The translations under genes were made by a program, and so were the position numbers. A stretch of DNA of 62,226 nt from an uncultured Candidatus Saccharibacteria bacterium. GTDB taxonomy: Bacteria; Patescibacteriota; Minisyncoccia; Phycocordibacterales; UBA5272. The notes under the pieces were generated by a model. The model made no database searches and was not told where the DNA came from. It saw nothing but the letters and a program-made list of their open reading frames with translations. Where the stretch lies: the NCBI GenBank assembly GCA_964577655.1, contig CAZNZR010000001.1, positions 1 to 62,226 on the forward strand. The letters are read 5' to 3'. Positions 47,598 through 57,108 of the stretch are shown one piece after another. Numbering within the stretch: position 1 is the first letter of the stretch; every line of letters starts with the position of its first letter.

Positions 47598-48029
47598 CTA
47601 TAAAATCTTTTCTTTTTTAGACCTTAGACCCACCTTCATCAAAGGATGATTTTTAGCTATTTCTAATTGGCGAAAATGTTCTTTTTCTAAATCTATTTTA
47701 TAGTGAACTGCTATTCTTATAATCAAATACAAAATATCAGAAAGTTCATCTGCTATCTTTTCTTTTGATCCCCTATAATCTTCAAATATCATCCCCTGCT
47801 TTACATAAGACTCTATTTTTTCTTTTGTCATTTTTATAGGTTTTTTATATCTGCCTTTCATATAATACCCTTCTTCTGTCATAATATTTTTTGCCAGATC
47901 TCCAACTTGCTTTGTTAGCTCTATCATAGCCCCTTCCACGCCCCATTTTCTTTTCTCGACTTTTTGAAATCTGTTTACTACCCGTAAAGTCTCCACGACC
48001 AACTCTCTAAAGGTTCTTTCTTTTTTCAT
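47598..48029 (-). CDS. MazG-like nucleotide pyrophosphohydrolase family protein
   Basis: Four-helix MazG pattern: 'IELTKQVGDLAKNIM' ... 'KIADELSDILYLIIRIAVHYKIDLEKE'. Confidence 0.7.
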   Translation of the reverse strand: MKKERTFRELVVETLRVVNRFQKVEKRKWGVEGAMIELTKQVGDLAKNIMTEEGYYMKGRYKKPIKMTKEKIESYVKQGMIFEDYRGSKEKIADELSDILYLIIRIAVHYKIDLEKEHFRQLEIAKNHPLMKVGLRSKKEKIL

Positions 48030-48066
48030 ATATTTATATAGATTAAATTATTTTAATAATATATCA

Positions 48067-49434
48067 TTATTTTTTATATCTCTCTAAAACCTCTTTTTTA
48101 AACTCAAAAAATCTATCTTCTATTATAGACTGTCTAATATCTTTTACTAGATGAACTATAAAATGAAGATTGTGTATGGAGGCAATCGTAGCGGCAATCA
48201 TCTCTTTACTTCTAAATAGGTGTGCCAAGTATGACTTAGTATAATTGTGAGCGTAGCATGACGGATCATCACATGCAGGACTCATATCATTTTTGTATTT
48301 ACTATTGAAAATATTTATTCTGCCATCTCTAGTATAAAGACTACCATTTCTTGCGAGTCTGGTAGGAGATACACAATCAAAAGTATCTATACCATTCTCT
48401 ACTCCATAAAATAAATCCTCTATCTCACCTATTCCTAAAAAGTGGCGCGGCTTTTCTTCTGGAAGACTTTCATTTGTGATCTTCAATATCTTTGTCATAT
48501 CTTCTTTTGTAAAGCTACCTCCAATTCCAAATCCATCAAAATACTTTTCCTCTTCTTTTCCGTCTTTATTTTTAATTTTTATATACATTTCTCCAAGTGT
48601 CTTGGCGGACTCTTTTCGCAGATCTTCATATGCTCCACCCTGCACTACTGCATAAAGTGCTTGCATTTCCCCTGTTGCACTACTAGCACCTAATTTGTGA
48701 TGATGCTCCAGACTCCTTCTCGCCCATCTATGTGTTCTTTCTAACGCTTCTATTTGATAATCTTTATTTGCAAATGGACTGGTGCATTCATCAAATGCAA
48801 AAAATATATCGGCTCCGAGATCGTGCTGAATCTCCATTGATTTTTCTGGTGTAAAAAAATGCTTACTTCCATCAAATACACTCCTAAACTCTACTCCATT
48901 TTCAGAAATTTTTACAAGAGATTGTGGCTTAGAAAGATTTAAATTATCTTGAAAATTTTTTTGTGAATTAAGGTTTAAACTCGAAAGAAAAGTTTTGATT
49001 TTTTTAATAAAATTATTTTTTTTGTGAGTATTTTTCTTTTCTAAATTCTTTTCAATATTTTGATTTGACAAATCTTCACGAGTTGCTATCTTTGATACCC
49101 CTACCCCCATTGCAGAACCAAGAGAAAATACTTGAAAGCCTCCACTATCTGTAAAAGTTGGCCCATTGTAATTCATCATATTTGCAAAGCCTCCATGGTC
49201 TTTTACTATTTCACTTCCTGGCTCTAGATAAAGATGATAGGTATTTGCAAGTACCGCATCACTTCCTACATATTTCACAAAATCTTCAGGTAAAATACTT
49301 TTTACTGTCGCCTTAGTCCCTACAGGAATAAAAGCTGGAGTTTCTATATCTCCATGAGATGTGTGTATAACACCCGCTCTCGCAAGTGGCGCTTCACTGG
49401 ACTTTTTAATTATTTCAAAACTAAATTTAGACAT
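48067..49434 (-). CDS. tgt: tRNA-guanine transglycosylase (queuine tRNA-ribosyltransferase) with a low-complexity insertion
   Basis: 'ARAGVIHTSHGDIETPAFIPVGT', 'ANTYHLYLEPG', 'FTDSGGFQVFSL', 'FAFDECT', 'GIDTFDCVSPTR', 'SYLAHLFRS'. Confidence 0.9.
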   Translation of the reverse strand: MSKFSFEIIKKSSEAPLARAGVIHTSHGDIETPAFIPVGTKATVKSILPEDFVKYVGSDAVLANTYHLYLEPGSEIVKDHGGFANMMNYNGPTFTDSGGFQVFSLGSAMGVGVSKIATREDLSNQNIEKNLEKKNTHKKNNFIKKIKTFLSSLNLNSQKNFQDNLNLSKPQSLVKISENGVEFRSVFDGSKHFFTPEKSMEIQHDLGADIFFAFDECTSPFANKDYQIEALERTHRWARRSLEHHHKLGASSATGEMQALYAVVQGGAYEDLRKESAKTLGEMYIKIKNKDGKEEEKYFDGFGIGGSFTKEDMTKILKITNESLPEEKPRHFLGIGEIEDLFYGVENGIDTFDCVSPTRLARNGSLYTRDGRINIFNSKYKNDMSPACDDPSCYAHNYTKSYLAHLFRSKEMIAATIASIHNLHFIVHLVKDIRQSIIEDRFFEFKKEVLERYKK

Positions 49435-49631
49435 GTGTGCTTGTAAATTAATAATTAAATTTATAATATCATAAAAACTCTTGATTTTAAAGGATTATTT
49501 TAATTAAAATGTTTTTCTTAAATTTTACCTTGACAAATCTCTCTCTCTGCTAGACTTTCTAATAGATTTTTAGAGTAGTCAATACTAACAAAATTCGTTC
49601 TAAACAATTTCTTAAATAAAAAAACAAAAAG

Positions 49632-49832
49632 ATGAAAACTTTAAAGAAACAAATTTTTTTGTTCACAGTATTGCTTTTATTTTTCGAATCCTTAAGCTTT
49701 TTATTTACAGGTTTGATATCTTGGAATTTACAGCCTACTAATTGGACATCTCTTGGAATGGTGTCATTTATTGTGCTATCAATAACGAGCATTGTCACCT
49801 CTGGAATATTAGCAGGAACGGAAGAAAAATAA
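49632..49832 (+). CDS. Possible small two-TM membrane protein (66 aa)
   Basis: Two hydrophobic helices, followed directly by a strong terminator. Preferred over the overlapping minus-strand ORF 49559..49798. Confidence 0.4.
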   Translation: MKTLKKQIFLFTVLLLFFESLSFLFTGLISWNLQPTNWTSLGMVSFIVLSITSIVTSGILAGTEEK

Positions 49833-49833
49833 T

Positions 49834-49864
49834 CAAAAAAACATGGAGAAGTCCATGTTTTTTT
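49834..49864. terminator. Bidirectional intrinsic terminator
   Basis: AAAAAAACATGG-agaagt-CCATGTTTTTTT. Overlaps the stop codon of the convergent transketolase C-subunit gene. Confidence 0.7.
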
Positions 49865-50903
49865 ATAAACTTATCATTTCTTCAGCTTTAGAGATTATAT
49901 TCTGAGAAGATAAATCATCTTCCAATCCAAGCCTTTCTACTTTCACATGTAGCTCCTTACCTTTTTCTGAAACTATCTCAGAAATCAAAGAACCGAGACC
50001 ACCAATTTTAGAATGCTCTTCTACTGTAAGAATATTCTTATTATGTTCTGCGAAATTCTGAATAAATATTTTAATTTTCTGATTAGTATATTCATTGTTT
50101 GATGATATCAAAGACATATTAAGAACTGTCACTTTATAATTTCTATTTTCTAATTCTTTAGCTGCTAAAATAGCATTATATAAAACTGGACCACAAGCTA
50201 TAATAGCTATAGAAAAAGCTGAATCTATATTCTTAGATATATATACTATTTCGGGTAATGGACTCCACTCTTTTAGATTACCGTCTTTTTCAAAAAACTC
50301 TCTACTAAATATTTCTGGAAAGACAGAATCATTTAGTCTAAAATAAGAGAAATTATTGTTCTGATTTTTAAACAAACCTTTCTCATTAACTTTCAATAAA
50401 TATTCTGCTTCATTAGCATCTGCTGGAATAAATATATTAATCTTTCCAAGATTACGCATTAAAGCTATATCATTGCCAATTTCTTTATTAGAAACAAAAA
50501 CTAAAGATTCTGATATATTTTTCTTATGGAGATTTGGAGTGAGCATATTTAAGATGATTACACTAATACTTTCTTTAAGATATTTCTTCTGTAAATACAC
50601 TAAACCAGAATAGATTTTTATAAAATTATATTTAAGACTATCATAAATATTTTTAAAATCACTATTAAAAGCCTCGTTTAAAATAAACACCTTTTTTTCT
50701 TCTTCTTGAGATATGGTAGATGCTATGTGGACAATGTCTTCTGCTGGAAATAAATATTTATCGTCACTTATAGACTCTTCTTTGGTATCGACTTTTATTA
50801 TTTTATTTCTCTCTCTATCAAAATTCATAAGAGTAGATAGCGCTCTTTCTATTTGATTACTTTTTTGTTTGTCATCTTCTAAAAATAGATTGGGACTCAG
50901 CAT
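49863..50903 (-). CDS. Transketolase-like protein, C-terminal (Pyr + C-domain) subunit, divergent
   Basis: 'DIALMRNLGKINIFIPADANEAEYLL' and 'IIACGPVLYNAILAAKELENRNYKVTVLNM...VEEHSKIGGLGSLISEIV' match the transketolase/DXS C-terminal half. The 'GEDGATHQ' block is missing. Confidence 0.7.
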   Translation of the reverse strand: MLSPNLFLEDDKQKSNQIERALSTLMNFDRERNKIIKVDTKEESISDDKYLFPAEDIVHIASTISQEEEKKVFILNEAFNSDFKNIYDSLKYNFIKIYSGLVYLQKKYLKESISVIILNMLTPNLHKKNISESLVFVSNKEIGNDIALMRNLGKINIFIPADANEAEYLLKVNEKGLFKNQNNNFSYFRLNDSVFPEIFSREFFEKDGNLKEWSPLPEIVYISKNIDSAFSIAIIACGPVLYNAILAAKELENRNYKVTVLNMSLISSNNEYTNQKIKIFIQNFAEHNKNILTVEEHSKIGGLGSLISEIVSEKGKELHVKVERLGLEDDLSSQNIISKAEEMISL

Positions 50904-50907
50904 ATAT

Positions 50908-51570
50908 TTAATTTATGTTTGCTAATATTACACTAGACTTTTCAAGCTTTTTAGCATAAGTTATCGCGTCACATACAGAGACTACACTACCAGCATTAAT
51001 AACTAGAGTGTCGAAGCCGAGATTAATCAGCTTACCATTTAATTTATTTTCTTTATTTATGGCTTCATTGCTAGACTTAGTATAAGCTATTAAGATGATT
51101 CTGTTCATTTTATTCTTTAAAATAAATTCTAAAGAAGAAAAATTAGATAATATATCTAACTCACTAAGAATTATAAAATAATATTTTGGGTGGCGATCAT
51201 TCATGTCTCTAGCAACTATATAATCACCCATGGCTTCGCTTAAAGTATTACCTCTTTCATTAAAATTATTATCTATTAAATATTTTGTTAAATCGTTAAA
51301 ATCAGTATATCCAGCGTGGACTTCTACAATATTCTTAACGATATTAGAATAATTATTAAGACAAAATACTTGATCTCTATTTTTCCAAAGCTTATTTTTA
51401 GGATCATGATTAAGAGATTTGAAATATAAACCAGCTAATATAGGAGTCAATGATCTAAGATTGCGAGAAAATTCTATTCCAAGACTAGCAAAATTACTGT
51501 CTATAGAGATATTTACATCATCTACAACTCTGTTTAAAGCTTCGATCTCTTCTTCTGATAAGGTCTTCAT
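50908..51570 (-). CDS. Transketolase-like protein, N-terminal subunit, highly degenerate
   Basis: Position and weak colinearity with TktN ('LAGLYFKSLNHDPKNKLWKNRDQVF' versus 'LALYF..DP..P.W..RDRF'). It lacks the GSGHPGG and GDG-X(25-30)-N ThDP motifs. Confidence 0.55.
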   Translation of the reverse strand: MKTLSEEEIEALNRVVDDVNISIDSNFASLGIEFSRNLRSLTPILAGLYFKSLNHDPKNKLWKNRDQVFCLNNYSNIVKNIVEVHAGYTDFNDLTKYLIDNNFNERGNTLSEAMGDYIVARDMNDRHPKYYFIILSELDILSNFSSLEFILKNKMNRIILIAYTKSSNEAINKENKLNGKLINLGFDTLVINAGSVVSVCDAITYAKKLEKSSVILANIN

Positions 51571-51607
51571 ATCATATATGATTATATCATAAAAGAAAGA
51601 GGAGGAA

Positions 51608-52309
51608 TTATGCTAAAGATTTAAAATTAGAGATAAATTTAGACTCATCTAATTCTTTAATAAGATAAGAACCTACTACTACAGCATCTGCTCCCACCCG
51701 ATTAATATTTGATATATTTTCATTATTAACCCCACCATCTAATTGAATATATATAGTGTCTTGAAAATTGGACTTGAATCCCCTTATTAGATCTATCGCC
51801 CTTTTTTCAAATTCTTGCCCCTGAATACCTATGTTATTTATACCCATAATCTGTAAATCTATTTTAGGATTTTCTTCTAAAAAATGAATTATTTCTTCCT
51901 TATAAGTCTCTAAGAAATCTATCTTTGCACATATAGATAGCTTTATAAAATTCCGACTCGCTTCTGCAATAATTATTTTAAGATCGAGGGAAAAAAGTAT
52001 ATCATCGACGTGAACCACTACCAACTTAGGATTTATGGAAAGTAGCTCTAAAAATCTATCTTTTATATCACTCGACATTAAATGATACTCTATATCAAAA
52101 TAATTTTTACAAGAATTAATAAAGTCAATTTCTAGCGTTGATCGTCCGCTTGGAATCCATGTCTTACTCTCTACAAATACTCCATCACAAATATCTATCT
52201 GAACCAGATTAAAATTGAGAGCATATTTCTTTTTTATATTTATTAAAAATGTAAGTTTTTCTTGCACCCCTTTAAAATCATTTTCCAAAATTGCTGGTAT
52301 TATATTCAT
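51608..52309 (-). CDS. rpe: Ribulose-phosphate 3-epimerase-like TIM-barrel protein (divergent)
   Basis: 'IIPAILENDF', 'QIDICDGVFV', 'EYHLMS', 'VVVHVD', 'IQLDGGVN', 'GADAVVVGSYL' are colinear with Rpe. The first metal-binding His position reads Gln. Confidence 0.7.
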   Translation of the reverse strand: MNIIPAILENDFKGVQEKLTFLINIKKKYALNFNLVQIDICDGVFVESKTWIPSGRSTLEIDFINSCKNYFDIEYHLMSSDIKDRFLELLSINPKLVVVHVDDILFSLDLKIIIAEASRNFIKLSICAKIDFLETYKEEIIHFLEENPKIDLQIMGINNIGIQGQEFEKRAIDLIRGFKSNFQDTIYIQLDGGVNNENISNINRVGADAVVVGSYLIKELDESKFISNFKSLA

Positions 52310-52321
52310 AATATATGCTGA

Positions 52322-52930
52322 TTAGTTATCTTCTACTATCTTTCGCATATCTGCTAACATATCAAGCTCAGCCAATTCTTCTTTTGAGACTTTCGTGTCT
52401 ATATTTGCTTCTATATTATCTATCTCTTCTACTCTTCTCTCGTGCCTTGTCTCTTTTCCATTATCTTTTTCAATAAATTTCGTAAATAGAAAAGTGCGAA
52501 TCGCTTCTTTTGTAAAATTCTCACTTACAAATCTAGCTCCGATTGATAATATATTTGCATTATTGTGCTCTCGAAGGAGCTTAACCAATTCTATATTTTC
52601 ACTATTTATAACACCAGCCCTAATACCTTTATATTTATCAGCAACCATCGCTTCTCCTTCTCCAGACCCGCCAAATACTATAGCGAAATTATTTTTCTCT
52701 CCTGCGTATATGTCCCCTGATAAAGCCCCGGCGCAAACTGAAATGAATTTTGGATAATCGTCTCCTTCTTCGTATTTATAAGCACCAAAATCTATGATAT
52801 CTATATTTGATATTACTTGCCCATTCTTTTCTAGCTGTCTTTGTATCTCATCTTTCTCTATCTCTAAAAATAGCTTTATATTTTCCTTCATCTCAAAACC
52901 AGCATGATCTGTAGCTAAATAAATTTTCAT
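52322..52930 (-). CDS. rpiB: Ribose-5-phosphate isomerase B (RpiB/LacAB family, Glu-type active site)
   Basis: 'MKIYLATDHAGFEMKENI'. 'FGGSGEGEAMVADKYKGIRAGV' resembles the mycobacterial 'GGSGNGE' variant rather than 'CGTGIG'. Confidence 0.85.
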   Translation of the reverse strand: MKIYLATDHAGFEMKENIKLFLEIEKDEIQRQLEKNGQVISNIDIIDFGAYKYEEGDDYPKFISVCAGALSGDIYAGEKNNFAIVFGGSGEGEAMVADKYKGIRAGVINSENIELVKLLREHNNANILSIGARFVSENFTKEAIRTFLFTKFIEKDNGKETRHERRVEEIDNIEANIDTKVSKEELAELDMLADMRKIVEDN

Positions 52931-52962
52931 ATAGATTCATTATACTATACTTTATGAAAACA

Positions 52963-53673
52963 TTATCTAATAGCTACTATTTCTACATATTTTTCCATAA
53001 TTTCTTTAAATTCTTGCATTTCTTTTTCAGAATAAGCTGTCTTATTCACAAACTCTGGATTATTTAATTCTTTTTTTGGTTCAAATCTTTGTAAGAAATA
53101 TCTTTTGGAACCTTTTATCATTTCTCCTATTTTTTGAAAATCTTCTTTTTTTAACTGATCAGCTACAACTGTAGTACGAAATTCGTAATCAAAATTTTTA
53201 TTTAAATTAGCATAATTTTTAATAATATTTATACTTTCCAGAATATTTTTTACATCAAATTTTGAATTGGTTATTTCTTGATACCTACCCATATGTCCCT
53301 TTATGTCCATAGCTATATAATCTACATTATTTTCTCTTAAAATTTCACTTAAAAATACAGAATTACTTCCTTGTGTATCGAGCTTGATTAAAAAACCTAG
53401 ATCTTTAATCTTTTTTATAAAAAGATTAAGATCTTTATGGACTGTGGGCTCTCCACCTGTTATAACTACAGCATCTAAAAAATTCTTTCTCTCTTTAAGA
53501 AAATTAAAAAAAACTTCTTCTTGTAATAGGTTATCAGTGAATCGCTCATGAATTACAAGGTCTGGATTATAGCAAAAATCGCAACGAAAATTACAACCAA
53601 GAGTAAAAACTATGCAAGCTATTTTACCTGGATAATCTATAAGAGTATTTTTTTGGAGACCAGCTAATATCAT
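52963..53673 (-). CDS. nrdG: Anaerobic ribonucleotide reductase activating protein (radical SAM)
   Basis: 'CNFRCDFCYNP' CX3CX2C cluster and 'VVITGGEPT'. Lies directly downstream of nrdD. Confidence 0.9.
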   Translation of the reverse strand: MILAGLQKNTLIDYPGKIACIVFTLGCNFRCDFCYNPDLVIHERFTDNLLQEEVFFNFLKERKNFLDAVVITGGEPTVHKDLNLFIKKIKDLGFLIKLDTQGSNSVFLSEILRENNVDYIAMDIKGHMGRYQEITNSKFDVKNILESINIIKNYANLNKNFDYEFRTTVVADQLKKEDFQKIGEMIKGSKRYFLQRFEPKKELNNPEFVNKTAYSEKEMQEFKEIMEKYVEIVAIR

Positions 53674-53678
53674 TTTAA

Positions 53679-55832
53679 TTAATGTTTTACTATTGCTTCA
53701 GTAGAAAACATCTTTCTTTTTGTAAATTCATTTTTCTTAGCATCATTCCAAAGATGGACCGGTCTCAAAAAGCCTACGACTCTACTATAAACTTCACAAT
53801 CTTTTTTACAAGTATTACAAATCTTATGCTCTCCGGATAAATATCCACAACTATCACAGACGGAAAATGTGGGTGTGATACTAAAATATGGAAGACGATA
53901 ATTTGTGCAGATCCTTTTTACAAGATTAGCAACCACTTGAGAATCATGGATCTGCTCACCCAAAAAAAGATGTATGACTGTACCGCCTGTATATAGGGTT
54001 TGAAGTTTATCTTGAAGATTAAGACTTAAAAATATATCGTCGGTATAAAATACTGGAAGCTGAGAAGAGTTTGAGTAAAATGGTATTCCATCATTTTGAG
54101 ATGCGGTCTTTATCAAAGGATAAAGTTCTGTGTCTTTCTTAGCTAATCTGTAAGTAACCCCTTCTGCTGGAGTAGCTTCTAGATTGTAGAGATTACCAGT
54201 CTCTTCTTGAAAATCTACCAAAATCTCTCGCATAAAAGTCAAGATTTCTTCCGCGAAGAGATTTCCTCTTTCTGTACCAATATCAACACCTAACAAATTT
54301 TCTGCAGCCTCATTAAGACCAATGAGCCCTATTGTAGAAAAATGATTAACCCAATATTTTCCAAAATTATTTTTTATATTTCTTAGGTAGAATTTTGTAT
54401 ATGGATAAAGATTTTTGTCAGTAAAATCTTCTATAACTTTTCTTTTTATCTCTAGGCTTTCTTTTGCTAGACACATCATATCTTTAAGTCTAGATTTAAA
54501 TTCTTCTTTATCTCTAGATAGATAGCCGAGTCGTGGCATATTTATTGTTACCACTCCTATACTGCCAGTCAAAGCATTGGCACCAAATAATCCTCCCCCT
54601 CTCCTAGTAAGCTCATTAAGATCGAGTCTTAACCTACAACACATACTTCGAGCGTCTTCGGGCTTCATATCTGAATTCATAAAATTAGAAAAATAAGGAA
54701 CTCCATATTTAGCAGTTATATCCCAAAGACCTTTTAAATTTGCATTTTCAAAATCAAAATCTTTTGTAATATTTACTGTTGGAATAGGAAAAGAAAACAC
54801 TCTTCCAGAAGCATCTCCTTTTGCCATCACTTCAAAAAATGCTTTATTAAAAATGTTCATTTCATCTTGAAAATCAGAATATGTCTTGTCTTGTATTTTG
54901 CCTCCAATTATTACCGGTGTGTCTTTAAAATTAGGAGAAACTAATAAATCTAAAGTAATATTAGAAAAAGGAGTCTGAAATCCAACTCTAGTCGGAACGT
55001 TCATGTTAAAAATAAATTCTTGCAAAGATTGCTTTACCTCTTCGTAATTTAATTTGTCATATCTTATAAATGGAGCGAGTAAAGTATCAAAATTAGATAA
55101 GGCTTGAGCTCCCGCAGCTTCTCCTTGCATGGTGTAAATAAAATTCACCACCTGACCGAGTGCGGTACGAAAATGTTTTGGAGGAAGAGAAGAGACTTTT
55201 CCAGGCACCCCATGAAATCCTTCACACAGGAGATCAAAAAGATCCCAGCCAACACAATAAATAGCAAGAGTATTGAGATCGTGAAGATGAAAGTCAGCAT
55301 TAAGATGCGCATCTCTTATCTCTTTTGGATAAAGATTATTGAGCCAATATGTTCTACTTATCTCAGAAGCAATGTGATTATTGAGACCTTGGAGAGAATA
55401 ATCCATGTTGCTATTTTCTTTAACAAGCCAATTATTCTTAGAAGTATATTGATCTATAAGATCTATACTATTCTGAGCATTCATTTCGCGTAATATGCGA
55501 TGCTGATCTCTGTATAATATATATGCTCTAGCTGTCTTTTTGTATTTAGAGCTCATAAGCACATCTTCCACCACATCCTGCACTTCTTCTATGCTAAAAG
55601 TTTTTTTATTTCTCTCTAATAAATTTAGAATAACTTTCTGAGCTAGAAATGCTGCTTTTTTTTCATTATATTCTCCTGTAGCACTTCCAGCTTTTTGTAT
55701 TGCAATATTTATTTTTTCTTGGGAAAACTTTTGCCTTCTTCCATCTCTTTTTTTAACAAAAAAAGTTTCAGTATTAATATTTATTTTATTAAGATTATTT
55801 CTAGATTTATTTTTAGAGTTTTTTTGAGGCAT
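53679..55832 (-). CDS. nrdD: Anaerobic (class III) ribonucleoside-triphosphate reductase
   Basis: N-terminal ATP cone 'VKKRDGRRQKFSQEKINIAIQKA', 'CCRLRL', C-terminal Zn site 'CDSCGY...CNTCK', and glycyl-radical motif 'SRVVGFLRP'. Confidence 0.95.
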   Translation of the reverse strand: MPQKNSKNKSRNNLNKININTETFFVKKRDGRRQKFSQEKINIAIQKAGSATGEYNEKKAAFLAQKVILNLLERNKKTFSIEEVQDVVEDVLMSSKYKKTARAYILYRDQHRILREMNAQNSIDLIDQYTSKNNWLVKENSNMDYSLQGLNNHIASEISRTYWLNNLYPKEIRDAHLNADFHLHDLNTLAIYCVGWDLFDLLCEGFHGVPGKVSSLPPKHFRTALGQVVNFIYTMQGEAAGAQALSNFDTLLAPFIRYDKLNYEEVKQSLQEFIFNMNVPTRVGFQTPFSNITLDLLVSPNFKDTPVIIGGKIQDKTYSDFQDEMNIFNKAFFEVMAKGDASGRVFSFPIPTVNITKDFDFENANLKGLWDITAKYGVPYFSNFMNSDMKPEDARSMCCRLRLDLNELTRRGGGLFGANALTGSIGVVTINMPRLGYLSRDKEEFKSRLKDMMCLAKESLEIKRKVIEDFTDKNLYPYTKFYLRNIKNNFGKYWVNHFSTIGLIGLNEAAENLLGVDIGTERGNLFAEEILTFMREILVDFQEETGNLYNLEATPAEGVTYRLAKKDTELYPLIKTASQNDGIPFYSNSSQLPVFYTDDIFLSLNLQDKLQTLYTGGTVIHLFLGEQIHDSQVVANLVKRICTNYRLPYFSITPTFSVCDSCGYLSGEHKICNTCKKDCEVYSRVVGFLRPVHLWNDAKKNEFTKRKMFSTEAIVKH

Positions 55833-55887
55833 AGATTTAATTATTTATTAGAGAAAAATAAAAAACATAACACAATTATAAAAAATT

Positions 55888-55908
55888 AAAAAACGCCCAC
55901 TCGTTTTT
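55888..55908 (-). terminator. Weak hairpin between gap and nrdD (possible terminator or attenuator)
   Basis: On the minus strand: AAAACG-agtggg-CGTTTTTT. Only a 6-bp stem. Confidence 0.35.
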
Positions 55909-56016
55909 CTAGTCTCATTCTAACACGCTTTTAAAAAGGCTATTCAAAAATAATAAAAAGCTCTTCTAAATCAATAAAATCTTATCCACAGGGATTGACG
56001 CTAAAAGCGTATTATT

Positions 56017-57093
56017 TTAGATTATCTTTGCGACTTTTATCACATGCTCTACGAGAGTATTTGTATAGCCGATCTCATTATCATACCAAGCGAGAACTTT
56101 CACAAGATTTCCATCTACAACTTTTGTCATCTTTAGATCCGCAATACTTGCAAATTTTAATCCTAAGATATCTGCACTTACCAACTCTTCGTTGCTCACA
56201 GCAAAAATATTTTTCCATCTGTCTGTATGGGATGCGTTCTCTAAAATTCTATTTATTTCTTCTGCAGTAGTATTTCTCTTTGCAATAAAAGTTATGTCTG
56301 CTATAGATCCTGCTACACTAGGCACTCTTATAGATATACCATCAAATAATCCCTCCAATTTTGTAAAAGCTTTTGTGACAGCAATGGCTGCACCAGTTGT
56401 AGAAGGCACAATATTCTGCGCACCAGCTCTACCTTCCCGCCAATCTTTTTTATTAGGACCATCTACCATAGACTGAGATGCTGTATAAGAATGCACAGTA
56501 TTGAGTATCGCCTTTTCTATACCGATAGCTTCATCAAGTATAGCTATCACTGGTGAAGCAGAATTAGTCGTACAAGACGCATTACTTGTGATATCTGACT
56601 CTTTTAATTTTTCTTCATTGAGACCCATGAGCACAGTCTCTGATCTATACATGCTATTCTTATCATCCTTAGCTGGAGCTGATATCACCACTTTTTTTGC
56701 GCCACTCTCAATATGGAAATGTGACTTATCAGCGGAGACAAATAACCCTGTGCACTCTACTACAATATCAACACCTAAATTTTTCCAAACTTTATTTTGA
56801 ATAAAATCATTGCTGTCTTTTACAGAGATAAATCTTATTTTCTTTTTAGCGCCTGCCACCGTTTCTGTTTCCAAATATTTTTCTTGTTCGCTTACAATTT
56901 TACTTTCGACTTTTTTAAAAATTTTCTGTCTATAAACTGAATCATGATTAAGCAAATAGATCATATTATCTAGATCTCCCAGATCATTAATAGCTACAAT
57001 ATCTATATTTTTCATTGCTTCAGGGTTAGTAAGAGCGAGCTTCAAAAAAGCTCTGCCTATTCTTCCAAATCCATTAATAGCAACTTTTTTCAT
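56017..57093 (-). CDS. gap: Glyceraldehyde-3-phosphate dehydrogenase, type I
   Basis: 'KVAINGFGRIGR', catalytic 'SNASCTTNS', 'WYDNEIGY'. Confidence 0.95.
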   Translation of the reverse strand: MKKVAINGFGRIGRAFLKLALTNPEAMKNIDIVAINDLGDLDNMIYLLNHDSVYRQKIFKKVESKIVSEQEKYLETETVAGAKKKIRFISVKDSNDFIQNKVWKNLGVDIVVECTGLFVSADKSHFHIESGAKKVVISAPAKDDKNSMYRSETVLMGLNEEKLKESDITSNASCTTNSASPVIAILDEAIGIEKAILNTVHSYTASQSMVDGPNKKDWREGRAGAQNIVPSTTGAAIAVTKAFTKLEGLFDGISIRVPSVAGSIADITFIAKRNTTAEEINRILENASHTDRWKNIFAVSNEELVSADILGLKFASIADLKMTKVVDGNLVKVLAWYDNEIGYTNTLVEHVIKVAKII

Positions 57094-57108
57094 GAGTAAA
57101 TTAAAAAA

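Noticed and set aside
49538-49548. (TC)5 microsatellite inside the spacer of a TTGACA...TAGACT promoter-like element, considered as a possible phase-variation switch
   Set aside because: The tract is only ~5.5 units long, shorter than tracts known to slip at useful rates. The -10 is poor and the spacer is only 15 nt, so the promoter assignment itself is weak.
49559-49798. Minus-strand 79-aa ORF overlapping the plus-strand 66-aa ORF
   Set aside because: The plus-strand ORF encodes two clean TM helices and is followed by a strong terminator. The minus-strand translation has no features and no terminator or promoter context.
51593-51624. Perfect AGGAGG plus 5-nt spacer plus ATG on the plus strand (mini-ORF MLKI*)
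   Set aside because: It is only a 4-codon ORF and it overlaps the rpe stop region on the opposite strand. No other gene in the window uses a Shine-Dalgarno sequence, so this is most likely coincidental.
55869-55882. Possible NrdR box upstream of nrdD (AACACAATTATAA)
   Set aside because: Only one half of the 16-bp NrdR palindrome is matched, there is no tandem second box, and no nrdR gene is seen in the window.
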